Below are positions 52,859-61,948 of a stretch of DNA of 64,000 bases, piece by piece. Below the pieces are notes generated by a model. That model made no database searches. It was not told the DNA's origin and saw only the letters and a program-made list of their open reading frames with translations. Numbering within the stretch: the stretch's first letter is position 1; each line of letters opens with the position of its first letter. The position numbers were made by a program, and so were the translations under genes. Source of the stretch: an uncultured Alphaproteobacteria bacterium (GTDB taxonomy: Bacteria; Pseudomonadota; Alphaproteobacteria; HIMB59; GCA-002718135); contig CACMKW010000001.1 of assembly GCA_902614395.1 (NCBI GenBank), forward strand, positions 92,489-156,488, read 5' to 3'.

Positions 52859-53619
52859 TTACTTCTCCTAAATAAAGCAGCAGCAATAAAACCTGAAACT
52901 ATTGAAAAGATAATTACAAAAACTCCGTATGTAGCTGCATTTTCATTAGCAAAGTCAAATATTTGACTTCCTATACCCATTTTTTTTATAACTATATTTT
53001 TTTGATCAGTACTCATAATTGTATTATTTCTTATATAGTAAATATCAACATTATAAATCCCTGGTATTGTATTTGTTGGAAAAAAAATGCTAGTTTGAAA
53101 TAATTTATCTTTGACCTTTTTCATTTCAAAACTTTTATAAAAAAATTGTTCTTTTTTTATTCTAACAAAATTTTCATTCCAATTTTTTTGATCATTTTTG
53201 AAAATAAAATTTTGATTAAAAGTCTTATTATTTAAAATTTTTTCAAAACTTAGATCCTCATTAATTAATATCGATTCAGGCAAGATTTCGTTAATTTCTT
53301 TAGATGAGGATAAAAAGAATAAAGATGGAATATTACTATAGGTAACGTATTGATTATTTACCCATATTCCAAAATACCTCTCTTTTTTTTGTATTCTCAT
53401 TTTTGACGGCGGCCCTTTAATTGTCAAAAGTGTCTCATGATCATTTTTTAGTAATCCAAAAATAATAATTTCTTTTCCATTAAAATCTGTTTTTAATTCA
53501 ATACTATCCTCAGATAAGTCAAAGTAAATTTCTTCAGCATAAAGAAAGTTATAAAAAAAAATTATAGTCAATAAAATTGTCAGATTAAAAGCAAACTTTA
53601 TATATAAATTTTTAAACAT
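52855..53619 (-). CDS. signal-peptide protein with C-terminal TM anchor (resembles alphaproteobacterial TIGR02186 family)
   Basis: 254 aa. N-terminal leader ending FLYAEE and C-terminal TM YGVFVIIFSIVSGFIAAALFRR. Sits downstream of a TauE-like permease, the usual partner of that family. Family call is from memory. Confidence 0.5.
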   Translation of the reverse strand: MFKNLYIKFAFNLTILLTIIFFYNFLYAEEIYFDLSEDSIELKTDFNGKEIIIFGLLKNDHETLLTIKGPPSKMRIQKKERYFGIWVNNQYVTYSNIPSLFFLSSSKEINEILPESILINEDLSFEKILNNKTFNQNFIFKNDQKNWNENFVRIKKEQFFYKSFEMKKVKDKLFQTSIFFPTNTIPGIYNVDIYYIRNNTIMSTDQKNIVIKKMGIGSQIFDFANENAATYGVFVIIFSIVSGFIAAALFRRSK

Positions 53620-54019
53620 CTATTTTTGTCACTTCTAAAATATAAAATTCTAAATAAAATCCAATTAAAGCAAAAATTGATACTAATAAAAAAGATACTT
53701 TCTCAATGAATATATCAACCACTAATATATCTTTTTGTATAAGCATATAAATTGGAATTACAGTGGATAAAATAATAATACTTAGTTTTGCAAATGCATC
53801 ATTGAATAATATGTCTGTAAATATTTTATTAAGATCTTTTTTAATAAATACTCTGAAATTTGACCAAATATATATTTTGTTAAATGAATTTATAATAATT
53901 ATCAGAATTAAAAAATATTCAATATTCTTTAGATTAAAATCAATAGTTGTAAAAATAAAATATATAAAGAGACAAACTAGGATCAATAAATTAATTGCAA
54001 AATTAAATATTGTAATCAT
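53612..54019 (-). CDS. small polytopic membrane protein, function unknown
   Basis: 135 aa, about 4 hydrophobic segments. ATGA coupling to the tauE-like stop (54016..54019) and 8-nt overlap with the next gene support this strand over the antisense 53763..54068 ORF. Confidence 0.55.
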   Translation of the reverse strand: MITIFNFAINLLILVCLFIYFIFTTIDFNLKNIEYFLILIIIINSFNKIYIWSNFRVFIKKDLNKIFTDILFNDAFAKLSIIILSTVIPIYMLIQKDILVVDIFIEKVSFLLVSIFALIGFYLEFYILEVTKIDV

Positions 54020-54930
54020 ATCATTACCAATGAAAATAAATCATTTGGCCTTAAAACAAGATCTGTAAAAATTTTACCACAGACACCCAGTACTAATATA
54101 GCCAAAATACCTCTTAAATATTCTGCTTTTAATTTAGACCCAAAAATTACACCAATTTGTGCACCAATTACTCCTCCAAATATCATTAGTGCAGACAGCA
54201 CAATATCTACATTATAATTTATGTAGGATTGAAAAAATGTTGCATTAGCTGTAACAAAAATGATTTGAAATAAAGATGTCCCAACTACTATACTTGTTGG
54301 CATTCCAAGTATGTATACCATTGCAGGTATCATTATAAATCCTCCTCCAACTCCCATCATTGCGGACATTACTCCAACTGCGAACCCTATCAATACAGGT
54401 GGTATTGCACTTATATAAAGTTTTGATCTATGAAAGCGAACTTTGAATGGAAGTCCGTGAAACCAAGAATGTTGATGCAGTTTTGTTCTTTTTGTGTTTC
54501 TTGCTCTATACTGTTTTATTGTTGTTCTTGCGCTTTCAAAAGCCATACTAAATCCAATAAAACCTAAAAAGAAAAGAAATAATAACTGAATAACTAAATC
54601 TATTTGGCCAAAGTTTTTTAGATAACTGAAAATATTTACACCAACTGTGGAACCAATTAAACCTCCAATTAAAAGGAATATACCCATCTTTATATCAACA
54701 TTTCTTTTTCTCCAGTGAGCAATAAAACCTGAAACTGAAGTTGCTAAAACGTGTGGAGCTTCAGAACCAACAGCTACAACCGGAGGTATTCCTAAAAAAA
54801 TTAATAGTGGTGTCATTAAAAATCCTCCACCAACACCGAAAATTCCTGAAAGTATTCCTATACTCATACCAATAAAGATAATGAGAAAAATATTTACGTT
54901 CATTTCAGCTATTGGAAGGTAAATTGACAT
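54016..54930 (-). CDS. TauE/SafE (DUF81) family anion exporter-like permease
   Basis: 304 aa. Two internal repeats each carrying the family signature: GVGGGFLMTPLLIFLGIPP and GVGGGFIMIPAMVYILGMP. Confidence 0.8.
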   Translation of the reverse strand: MSIYLPIAEMNVNIFLIIFIGMSIGILSGIFGVGGGFLMTPLLIFLGIPPVVAVGSEAPHVLATSVSGFIAHWRKRNVDIKMGIFLLIGGLIGSTVGVNIFSYLKNFGQIDLVIQLLFLFFLGFIGFSMAFESARTTIKQYRARNTKRTKLHQHSWFHGLPFKVRFHRSKLYISAIPPVLIGFAVGVMSAMMGVGGGFIMIPAMVYILGMPTSIVVGTSLFQIIFVTANATFFQSYINYNVDIVLSALMIFGGVIGAQIGVIFGSKLKAEYLRGILAILVLGVCGKIFTDLVLRPNDLFSLVMI

Positions 54931-54993
54931 GTTTTTTTATAAATTTTATATAATTATTACTTCATAAGTACAAATTATATTTATTTTAGAAAA

Positions 54994-56088
54994 TTATATA
55001 AAATTATTTAGTACTATGATTCCGATATAACTAACAATTCCAACACAACAAGCTGCAGAAAAACCAACATAAAATGGTCTTATGCCTAAGCTTTTTAAAG
55101 AAACTAAATTTGTACTTATGCCTACAGCTGCCATTGCTATTGCTAAAGAATACTCAGCGATAGATTTAATAATATTGATGATTAATTGCCAGTTATTATT
55201 AGTAAATATTTCAAAAGCTAAATTACTATTTTGAATTCCATAATCTCCAATTGATCTTATAAGACCCATAAGAATAAAACCAATTATGAAAATTGGAAAC
55301 ATAGATATTAGTGATGGTTTGCTATTATTTTCACCAATATTATTTCTTAGATATATATAGCTTATTGTAGGAATGACGATTATCATACTGACATTTCTTA
55401 CTAATTTAGTAATCGTTGCTATATCCATAGTTTTTGGTGAATTGAATTGTTCTGCATATATCAATCCAGCACCAGCAACTTGAGCTGTTTCATGTATTGA
55501 AGTTCCAAGAAATAATCCTGATGCTAACTCATCTCCACTGAAAAGATAATATGCCATAAATGGATAGAGGAACATTGCAATTATTCCAAATATTGTAATA
55601 TTTGCTATTGCATAAGCAACTTCCTCTTTATCAGCATTAATTGCAGGACTAGTTGCTACAATTGCGGATGCTCCACAAATACTTGTTCCAACTGCAATTA
55701 ATGATCCCATTTTCGAAGAAACATTTAATAATTTGCATAAATAATTTACAACCAAGATTGATATAATAATACAAGCAACAATTAGAGGTATTCCAACTAT
55801 TCCAACTTTAAAAATATCTAAAAGTCCTAGTCTAATACCAAGACATATTATTCCTAACCTTAGAATAAATTTTAAAGAAAACTTAATTCCTTCTAATAAA
55901 AAATTATTAATATGAAATATATTTCCTATCAAAAGACCAAATATTATTGATAGCATTATTGGTGATATTGGACTTTTTTTTAAATTTAAAATTTCTTTTC
56001 CAATAAAATCACTTAGGTATATACCTGAATAAGCAATTACAAAACAAAAGATAATTCCTGGGAATATTTTATATATTGAGCTTACCAT
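54994..56088 (-). CDS. YeiH/UPF0324 family membrane protein (putative sulfate-exporter family)
   Basis: 364 aa, about 10 TM. Blocks GTSICGASAIVATSP and GTSIHETAQVAGAG typical of UPF0324. Confidence 0.75.
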   Translation of the reverse strand: MVSSIYKIFPGIIFCFVIAYSGIYLSDFIGKEILNLKKSPISPIMLSIIFGLLIGNIFHINNFLLEGIKFSLKFILRLGIICLGIRLGLLDIFKVGIVGIPLIVACIIISILVVNYLCKLLNVSSKMGSLIAVGTSICGASAIVATSPAINADKEEVAYAIANITIFGIIAMFLYPFMAYYLFSGDELASGLFLGTSIHETAQVAGAGLIYAEQFNSPKTMDIATITKLVRNVSMIIVIPTISYIYLRNNIGENNSKPSLISMFPIFIIGFILMGLIRSIGDYGIQNSNLAFEIFTNNNWQLIINIIKSIAEYSLAIAMAAVGISTNLVSLKSLGIRPFYVGFSAACCVGIVSYIGIIVLNNFI

Positions 56089-56139
56089 TTAGAATATTCT
56101 TTATACAAAAAAAATATTTTTTACATATTTATATTACAG

Positions 56140-56739
56140 TTAGATTTTTTTTGCAGTATTCCATTCTTCTTGAGTATTTACATTGAAAAAATTCTTTTCC
56201 TGGCTTTTGTCGAATTCAACAAATTTATATTTGTGTTTTTTAACCCAAAACATAATTTTACTATTTTTTAATTTTAACTCATTTTCTAAACTAGTTATTA
56301 ACGATATATGCCACATTGCTATTACAGGATGATGTCTACTATTTGATCTTGCAATCAATATTTTTATATTTTCATCATATGCCTCTAAAAACTTATCTAA
56401 AAGATTATCGGGTAAAAATGGGGTATCACTTGGAACAGTAAAAACCCATTCTTTGTTTATGTAATTTTCTTTAGTCCACAACATAGATGTGTGAATCCCT
56501 GCTAAAGGTCCTACAAAACCTTTGAATCTATCTTCAATTATTGGATAATCAATTTTCTTAAAACTTTTTAAGTCATTAGCATTTATTATTATTTCATTAT
56601 TATATTTTTTAAGCTTGTTTATTATTTTGTCTAAGATTGTAATTCCATTTATTTTAGCAAAAGCTTTAAATCCACCACCAAATCTTTTTGACTGACCTCC
56701 AGCAAGTATGGAAAACAAAATTTTTTTTTTAATGTTCAA
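56140..56739 (-). CDS. mobA: molybdenum cofactor guanylyltransferase
   Basis: 199 aa. ILAGGQSKRFGG nucleotide-binding start and GPLAGIHT. 11-nt overlap with fdhD. Confidence 0.88.
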   Translation of the reverse strand: MNIKKKILFSILAGGQSKRFGGGFKAFAKINGITILDKIINKLKKYNNEIIINANDLKSFKKIDYPIIEDRFKGFVGPLAGIHTSMLWTKENYINKEWVFTVPSDTPFLPDNLLDKFLEAYDENIKILIARSNSRHHPVIAMWHISLITSLENELKLKNSKIMFWVKKHKYKFVEFDKSQEKNFFNVNTQEEWNTAKKI

Positions 56740-57544
56740 TTCTATGTTCCCCAGAAAGTGCTAAATATTTTTTTCCTTTTGCTCGTCCAATAAGTGTTAA
56801 ATTCGAGCCTCTCGCCAGCTCTACACCCCATGCTGTGAATCCTGATCTAGAAATTAATATTGGAATACCCATTTTTATAGTTTTAATAACCATTTCACTA
56901 GTTAGTCTTCCTGTGGTGTAAAAAATTTTATTTGAAGAGCTAATTTTTTTTAAAAACATAAAACCAGCAATTTTATCTACAGCATTATGTCTCCCAACGT
57001 CTTCCATATAAATCAATGGTTTATTATTATGAATAATAGCACAACCATGTATTGCTCCTGTTTCTAAATATAAGCTCGGTGTCAATGTAATTTTTTTTGA
57101 AATTTCATAGATCCATTTATGTTTAATTTTCTTGTTGGATTTTAATTTTGATTTTTTTATTTCCGCATAGATATCTCCAAATACCGTACCTATTGCACAA
57201 CCACTAGTTGTTATTTTCTTTCTTAATTTATTTTCATAATTTGTTTTACGTTTTGTTCGTACAACAACCACACCTAAATCTTTATCAATTTCAACTTTTG
57301 TAATTATATCATTTTTCTTAAGCATATTTTGATTCAATAAATACCCAACTGCAAGATATTTTGGGTGATCACTAATAGACATTAGCGTTACTATCTCTTG
57401 ATTATTAAGAAAAATTGTAAGAGCTTTTTCATTAATAACTTTAGAAATTATTTTATTCCCTTTCTCATCAAAACCATTTAGTTTTGTAATTAGGGACTTA
57501 TTATGAATATCAGGTGAGACTAAATATTTCTCTTTTTTTGCCAT
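56729..57544 (-). CDS. fdhD: formate dehydrogenase accessory sulfurtransferase FdhD
   Basis: 271 aa. TTSGCAIG loop, EDVGRHNAVDKIAG, TTGRLTSEMVIK. Confidence 0.9.
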   Translation of the reverse strand: MAKKEKYLVSPDIHNKSLITKLNGFDEKGNKIISKVINEKALTIFLNNQEIVTLMSISDHPKYLAVGYLLNQNMLKKNDIITKVEIDKDLGVVVVRTKRKTNYENKLRKKITTSGCAIGTVFGDIYAEIKKSKLKSNKKIKHKWIYEISKKITLTPSLYLETGAIHGCAIIHNNKPLIYMEDVGRHNAVDKIAGFMFLKKISSSNKIFYTTGRLTSEMVIKTIKMGIPILISRSGFTAWGVELARGSNLTLIGRAKGKKYLALSGEHRIEH

Positions 57545-57570
57545 ATGTTGTAATTAAACTAATAATATAA

Positions 57571-58263
57571 ATGAACATATTAGAAATTTTCACAAATTCC
57601 ATACTATTAATTATTACTTTAGATAATGAACTATGGGACATTATACTTTTATCATTATTTGTAAGTTTTACTGCCCTAATTATTGCATCATTATTAGGAT
57701 TTATAGTAGGGTATTATTTTGCAATTTATAATTTTTATTTCAAAAAAATTATTTTGATAATTATAAACTCATTGATGGGAATTCCTCCAGTTGTAGTTGG
57801 TTTAATTGTTTATTTTATTTTTGCATCGGGTGGACCTTTAGGTATCTTACAACTTCTATACACACCTTCTGCGATGATTATTGCTCAAACTATAATAATT
57901 TTTCCAATAATTGCTTCATTATCTCATGAGATATTTTCTAAAAATTGGTTTGAATTTAAAGATCAGATAAGGTCCTTAAATATTCCTTTTTGGGGTTCTG
58001 TAAAACTTTTATTTAACCATAGTTATTTTTTATTAATAACATCATTATTATCTGCTTTTGGAAGAGCAATTTCGGAAGTTGGTGCAGTTATGATTGTGGG
58101 TGGTAATATTGATCATTATACACGAGTAATGACAACTGCTATATCGTTAGAAACTAGAATGGGAAATTTAGAATACGCTATGGCATTAGGTTTAGTTTTA
58201 ATATCAATAACAATAATTATTTACTCGCTTGTATATTTGTTAAATAATAGATCTATTAAATGA
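57571..58263 (+). CDS. ABC transporter permease, tungstate/molybdate TupB-like (no cognate binding protein or ATPase nearby)
   Basis: 230 aa, about 5-6 TM. EAA-type loop SAFGRAISEVGAVMIVGGNIDHYTRVMTTAISLETRMGN resembles COG4662 permeases. Confidence 0.7.
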   Translation: MNILEIFTNSILLIITLDNELWDIILLSLFVSFTALIIASLLGFIVGYYFAIYNFYFKKIILIIINSLMGIPPVVVGLIVYFIFASGGPLGILQLLYTPSAMIIAQTIIIFPIIASLSHEIFSKNWFEFKDQIRSLNIPFWGSVKLLFNHSYFLLITSLLSAFGRAISEVGAVMIVGGNIDHYTRVMTTAISLETRMGNLEYAMALGLVLISITIIIYSLVYLLNNRSIK

Positions 58264-58742
58264 AAATAGTAGGAATTGTTGGCTGGAAGGACTCAGGGAA
58301 AACCACTATTGCAACTAAAATTATAAATAAACTTAGCTCTAAAAATTTTCGTGTTGCTTCAATTAAACATGCACATCACGAATTTGATATAGATCATGAG
58401 AATACAGATAGCTTTAAGCATAGATTAGCGGGATCTTCTCAAGTGATAGTTAGTTCATCGAAGCGATGGGTTAAAATATCAGAGCTAAACAATTCAAAAG
58501 AAAAAACATTAGATGAATTAATTAATCAACTTTCAGAAATTGATATTGTAATAGTGGAAGGGTTTAAAAATGAAAATCACCCAAAAATTGAAATAATTAA
58601 AAACGATAATGATAATTACTTATTTACCAAAATTAAAAATATAAAAGCTATTATTTCAAATAATATACTTGAAACTGACTTGAGAATTTTTAAAAATGAC
58701 GAAATTGATAATATAGTCGATTTTATTTTGAGAGAATTTTAA
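58260..58742 (+). CDS. mobB: molybdopterin-guanine dinucleotide biosynthesis adapter protein
   Basis: 160 aa. P-loop VGIVGWKDSGKTT, then IKHAHHEFDID and VIVEGFK. Confidence 0.88.
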   Translation: MKIVGIVGWKDSGKTTIATKIINKLSSKNFRVASIKHAHHEFDIDHENTDSFKHRLAGSSQVIVSSSKRWVKISELNNSKEKTLDELINQLSEIDIVIVEGFKNENHPKIEIIKNDNDNYLFTKIKNIKAIISNNILETDLRIFKNDEIDNIVDFILREF

Positions 58743-59956
58743 TGAATAAATCACCTCTAACTAAAAAACAAATTGTTAATTTATTTAAAAAACAAAAGAC
58801 AGTAATTTTTAACTCTGAAAAAGTTAATTTAGAAAATTCAGAGGATAGATTTCTTTATGAAAATATAAAAAGTAAAATTAATTTACCTCCTTTTAATAAT
58901 TCTGCCGTAGACGGTTATGCTATTTTAAAAACAGATTTAAAAACAAAAAAAGTTTTTTTTTGTAATAGACGAATAGCAGCTGGAGATGATAAAAATATAA
59001 AAGTAAAATCTGGTGAAGCAGTTAGAATTTTTACTGGTGCAAAAATGCCTTCGAATTCATCAACTGTAGTTATGCAGGAAAATACATACAAAAAAGGAAA
59101 TAAAATTCATTTAATTAAAATTCCAAAATTTGGAGACAATTATAGATTAAAGGGTGAAGATATAAAAAAAAACCAAAAAATATTGGAAAAGGGGTCTAAA
59201 TTAAATCAACAAAATATAAATTTAATTGCTGCTATTGGTATTAGTAAAATAAAAGTATTTAAAAAAATTAAAATTGGTTTCTTTACAAGTGGTAATGAAT
59301 TACGAAAACCAACTAAAAATTTAAAAAGTTCTGAAATTAATAATTCAAATTATTATAGTTTAAATAATTTACTTGATAAGAATTTTATAGAACAAAAATA
59401 TTGTGGAAATCTCAAAGATAATTTTAAATCTATTAAAAACAAAATTTTTAATACTTCAAAAAAATTTAATGTAATAATAACTGCTGGTGGCGCATCTGTT
59501 GGTGATGAAGATCATCTAATTAAAGTTTTATCTAAATTAGGTAAGGTATATTTTTGGAGAGCAGCTATAAAACCAGGGAGACCAATTGCAGTTGGAAAAA
59601 TAAATAAGTGCTACATAATTTGTTTGCCAGGTAATCCAGTTTCTGTTCAATTATTATATGTAATGTTAGTAAAACCATTAATAGAAAAACTATCTGGTGG
59701 AAATTTTAAGCTCCCATCTTCAAGTAAAATTACAGCAAATTTTTCCATGAAGAAAAAAACAAATAGAATGGAGTGGTTACGCGTAAATAAAGATACTATA
59801 AATAATAAAAATATTGCAAATAAATTTCCTAAACAAGGTTCTGGTATGATTAGTTCCATATCCTATTCAGATGGTATAATTGAAATTGATGAAAATGTTT
59901 CTCAAGTAAACAAGGGAGATATATTTGATTTTTATAATTATGATAGTTTATTTTAA
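58742..59956 (+). CDS. moeA: molybdopterin molybdenumtransferase
   Basis: 404 aa. PPFNNSAVDGYA, VIITAGGASVGDEDH, PGNPVS. Confidence 0.9.
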   Translation: MNKSPLTKKQIVNLFKKQKTVIFNSEKVNLENSEDRFLYENIKSKINLPPFNNSAVDGYAILKTDLKTKKVFFCNRRIAAGDDKNIKVKSGEAVRIFTGAKMPSNSSTVVMQENTYKKGNKIHLIKIPKFGDNYRLKGEDIKKNQKILEKGSKLNQQNINLIAAIGISKIKVFKKIKIGFFTSGNELRKPTKNLKSSEINNSNYYSLNNLLDKNFIEQKYCGNLKDNFKSIKNKIFNTSKKFNVIITAGGASVGDEDHLIKVLSKLGKVYFWRAAIKPGRPIAVGKINKCYIICLPGNPVSVQLLYVMLVKPLIEKLSGGNFKLPSSSKITANFSMKKKTNRMEWLRVNKDTINNKNIANKFPKQGSGMISSISYSDGIIEIDENVSQVNKGDIFDFYNYDSLF

Positions 59957-60204
59957 TTTTTAATTTTAAATCTATAACGAATTACAATTTTATCTTTAAT
60001 TTTTTGACAACTTAAATATTCATAGTTGGACTGATCACAATAATGTTCAAAGTCTGCTTCAGCCAAAGGGTCAGTTGCAATAATTTTAATAATTGTATCT
60101 TTGTTTAATTCTGAAGCAAGTTTCCTAGCCTTAAGTACTGGTATAGGACATTCTGTACCACTAGTATCAAGAACTAATTCTTCATTTTCAACTGAATCTT
60201 TCAT
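59953..60204 (-). CDS. TusA/SirA-family sulfur carrier protein
   Basis: 83 aa. LDTSGTECPIPVLKARK carries the conserved C-P-x-P persulfide site of the TusA family. Confidence 0.8.
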   Translation of the reverse strand: MKDSVENEELVLDTSGTECPIPVLKARKLASELNKDTIIKIIATDPLAEADFEHYCDQSNYEYLSCQKIKDKIVIRYRFKIKN

Positions 60205-60244
60205 AGTTTTCTGATACTTAATATATAGTATAATATTAATTGGA

Positions 60245-61948
60245 ATGGATAAATTTGTTTCTCAAACAGAAACTTCTTTAAAAAAGAAGAAAAGACGTTG
60301 GACTCCAAAAGGAAGACAAGTCGAAGATAAATATTTAGATGAAGTTTCTAAATTGTTTTCAGGATTAATATTTAAGCGAGATGAATTAATAGAATATTTG
60401 CATGTATTACAGGATAAATTTGGTGTTTTGTATGATAAGCATCTAGTAGCTTTGTCGACTATTATTAATTTACCATTTTCTGAAATTTATGAAGTTGCAA
60501 CTTTTTATGCTCACTTTAATATTGTCAAAGACAGTAAAGATTATAACCCAGTGACTGTTGTAAGGGTATGTGAAAGTTTAACTTGTGAATTATTTGGCGC
60601 ACACAAATTACTTCAAGATATAAAGAAATTAGAAAAGAAAAATATAAAAGTCGTACCTGGGCCATGTATGGGAAGATGCAATGTTGCCCCTACTGTCTGC
60701 GTAGGAAAAAATTATGTTGATGAGGCTAATTTTGATAAAGTTAAAAAAACAATCGATGAAAAAACTTTTGACCCCTTCATTCCAGATTATATAAATTTAT
60801 CTTCTTATAAAAAAAATGGCGGTTATGAAATTGCATACAAAATAAAGAATGGTCTAATCTCAAAAAAACAAGTTTTGGACTCATTAAATGAAAGCGGATT
60901 GAAAGGTAAGGGTGGTGCTGGATTTCCTACAGGAAAAAAATGGGAAATTGTTTCAAATTACAATGGTAAAAAATATATTGCTGTTAATGGTGATGAAGGT
61001 GAACCAGGAACATTTAAAGATAGGTCATATTTAGAAAGTGATCCACATAGATTTTTAGAAGGGGCTTTAATTGCCTCCTATTTTATAAATGCTCAAAAAG
61101 TTTACATTTATATGAGAGATGAATATCCAACAGTTATAAAAATTTTACTTGATGAAATAAATAAAATGGAAGATGAACAAATAATTCCAAAAGACTTTTT
61201 CATAGTAAGAAGAGGGGCAGGAGCCTATATTTGTGGAGAAGAGTCAGCAATGATAGAAAGTATTGAAGGCAAGAGAGGATTACCAAGACATAGACCGCCT
61301 TATGTAGCTGAAATTGGATTATTTGGATGTCCTACTTTAACAAATAATTTAGAAACTCTTTTTTGGGTAAGAGATATAATTGAAAAAGGAGCAAAGTGGT
61401 TTGCTGAAAAGGGGTCCAATGGAAATAAAGGTTTTCATAGTTTTTCAGTATCTGGAAGAGTAAAGAACCCAGGAGTAAAAGTTGCACCAGCCGGTATAAC
61501 AATTCAACAATTAATTGATGAGTATTGTGATGGTATGGCAGATGGACATACTTTTAAAGGATATCTTCCGGGAGGTGCATCTGGTGGTATTCTACCCGCT
61601 ACCATGAATAATATTCCACTTGATTATGGATCGAAAGAATTAATGGAAGCCGGATGTTTTTTAGGCTCAGCGGCAGTAGTTGTATTATCAGATCACGATA
61701 ATATGAAAGACGTTGCACTTAATTTATTAAAATTTTTTGAAGAGGAAAGTTGTGGTCAATGTACACCATGCCGTTCCGGTACGGAGAAAACTGTAAAATT
61801 AATGCAAGAAAAAAATTGGAACAAGGAAAAATTAAAAGATTTAAGTCAAGTTATGGCTCAAGCATCGATATGTGGTTTAGGACAAGCTGCAACAAACCCA
61901 TTAAATTCTGTTTTAAAATATTTTAGCAATGAAATAACTTATGACTAA
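60245..61948 (+). CDS. fdsB: NAD-dependent formate dehydrogenase diaphorase subunit, fused FdsG-like (NuoE-type) and FdsB (NuoF-type) domains
   Basis: 567 aa. N-terminal NuoE-like 2Fe-2S ligands C-ESLT-C ... C-MGR-C. Then NuoF-like GLKGKGGAGFPTGKKWE, GAGAYICGEESAMIESIEG and 4Fe-4S ESCGQCTPCR. Confidence 0.88.
   Translation: MDKFVSQTETSLKKKKRRWTPKGRQVEDKYLDEVSKLFSGLIFKRDELIEYLHVLQDKFGVLYDKHLVALSTIINLPFSEIYEVATFYAHFNIVKDSKDYNPVTVVRVCESLTCELFGAHKLLQDIKKLEKKNIKVVPGPCMGRCNVAPTVCVGKNYVDEANFDKVKKTIDEKTFDPFIPDYINLSSYKKNGGYEIAYKIKNGLISKKQVLDSLNESGLKGKGGAGFPTGKKWEIVSNYNGKKYIAVNGDEGEPGTFKDRSYLESDPHRFLEGALIASYFINAQKVYIYMRDEYPTVIKILLDEINKMEDEQIIPKDFFIVRRGAGAYICGEESAMIESIEGKRGLPRHRPPYVAEIGLFGCPTLTNNLETLFWVRDIIEKGAKWFAEKGSNGNKGFHSFSVSGRVKNPGVKVAPAGITIQQLIDEYCDGMADGHTFKGYLPGGASGGILPATMNNIPLDYGSKELMEAGCFLGSAAVVVLSDHDNMKDVALNLLKFFEEESCGQCTPCRSGTEKTVKLMQEKNWNKEKLKDLSQVMAQASICGLGQAATNPLNSVLKYFSNEITYD

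Noticed and set aside
53763-54068. 101-aa plus-strand ORF antisense to the 135-aa membrane ORF.
   Set aside because: The minus-strand ORF has ATGA coupling to the tauE-like stop and an 8-nt overlap with the next gene. It also encodes coherent TM helices. The plus-strand ORF has no such context and crosses the tauE-like 3' end.
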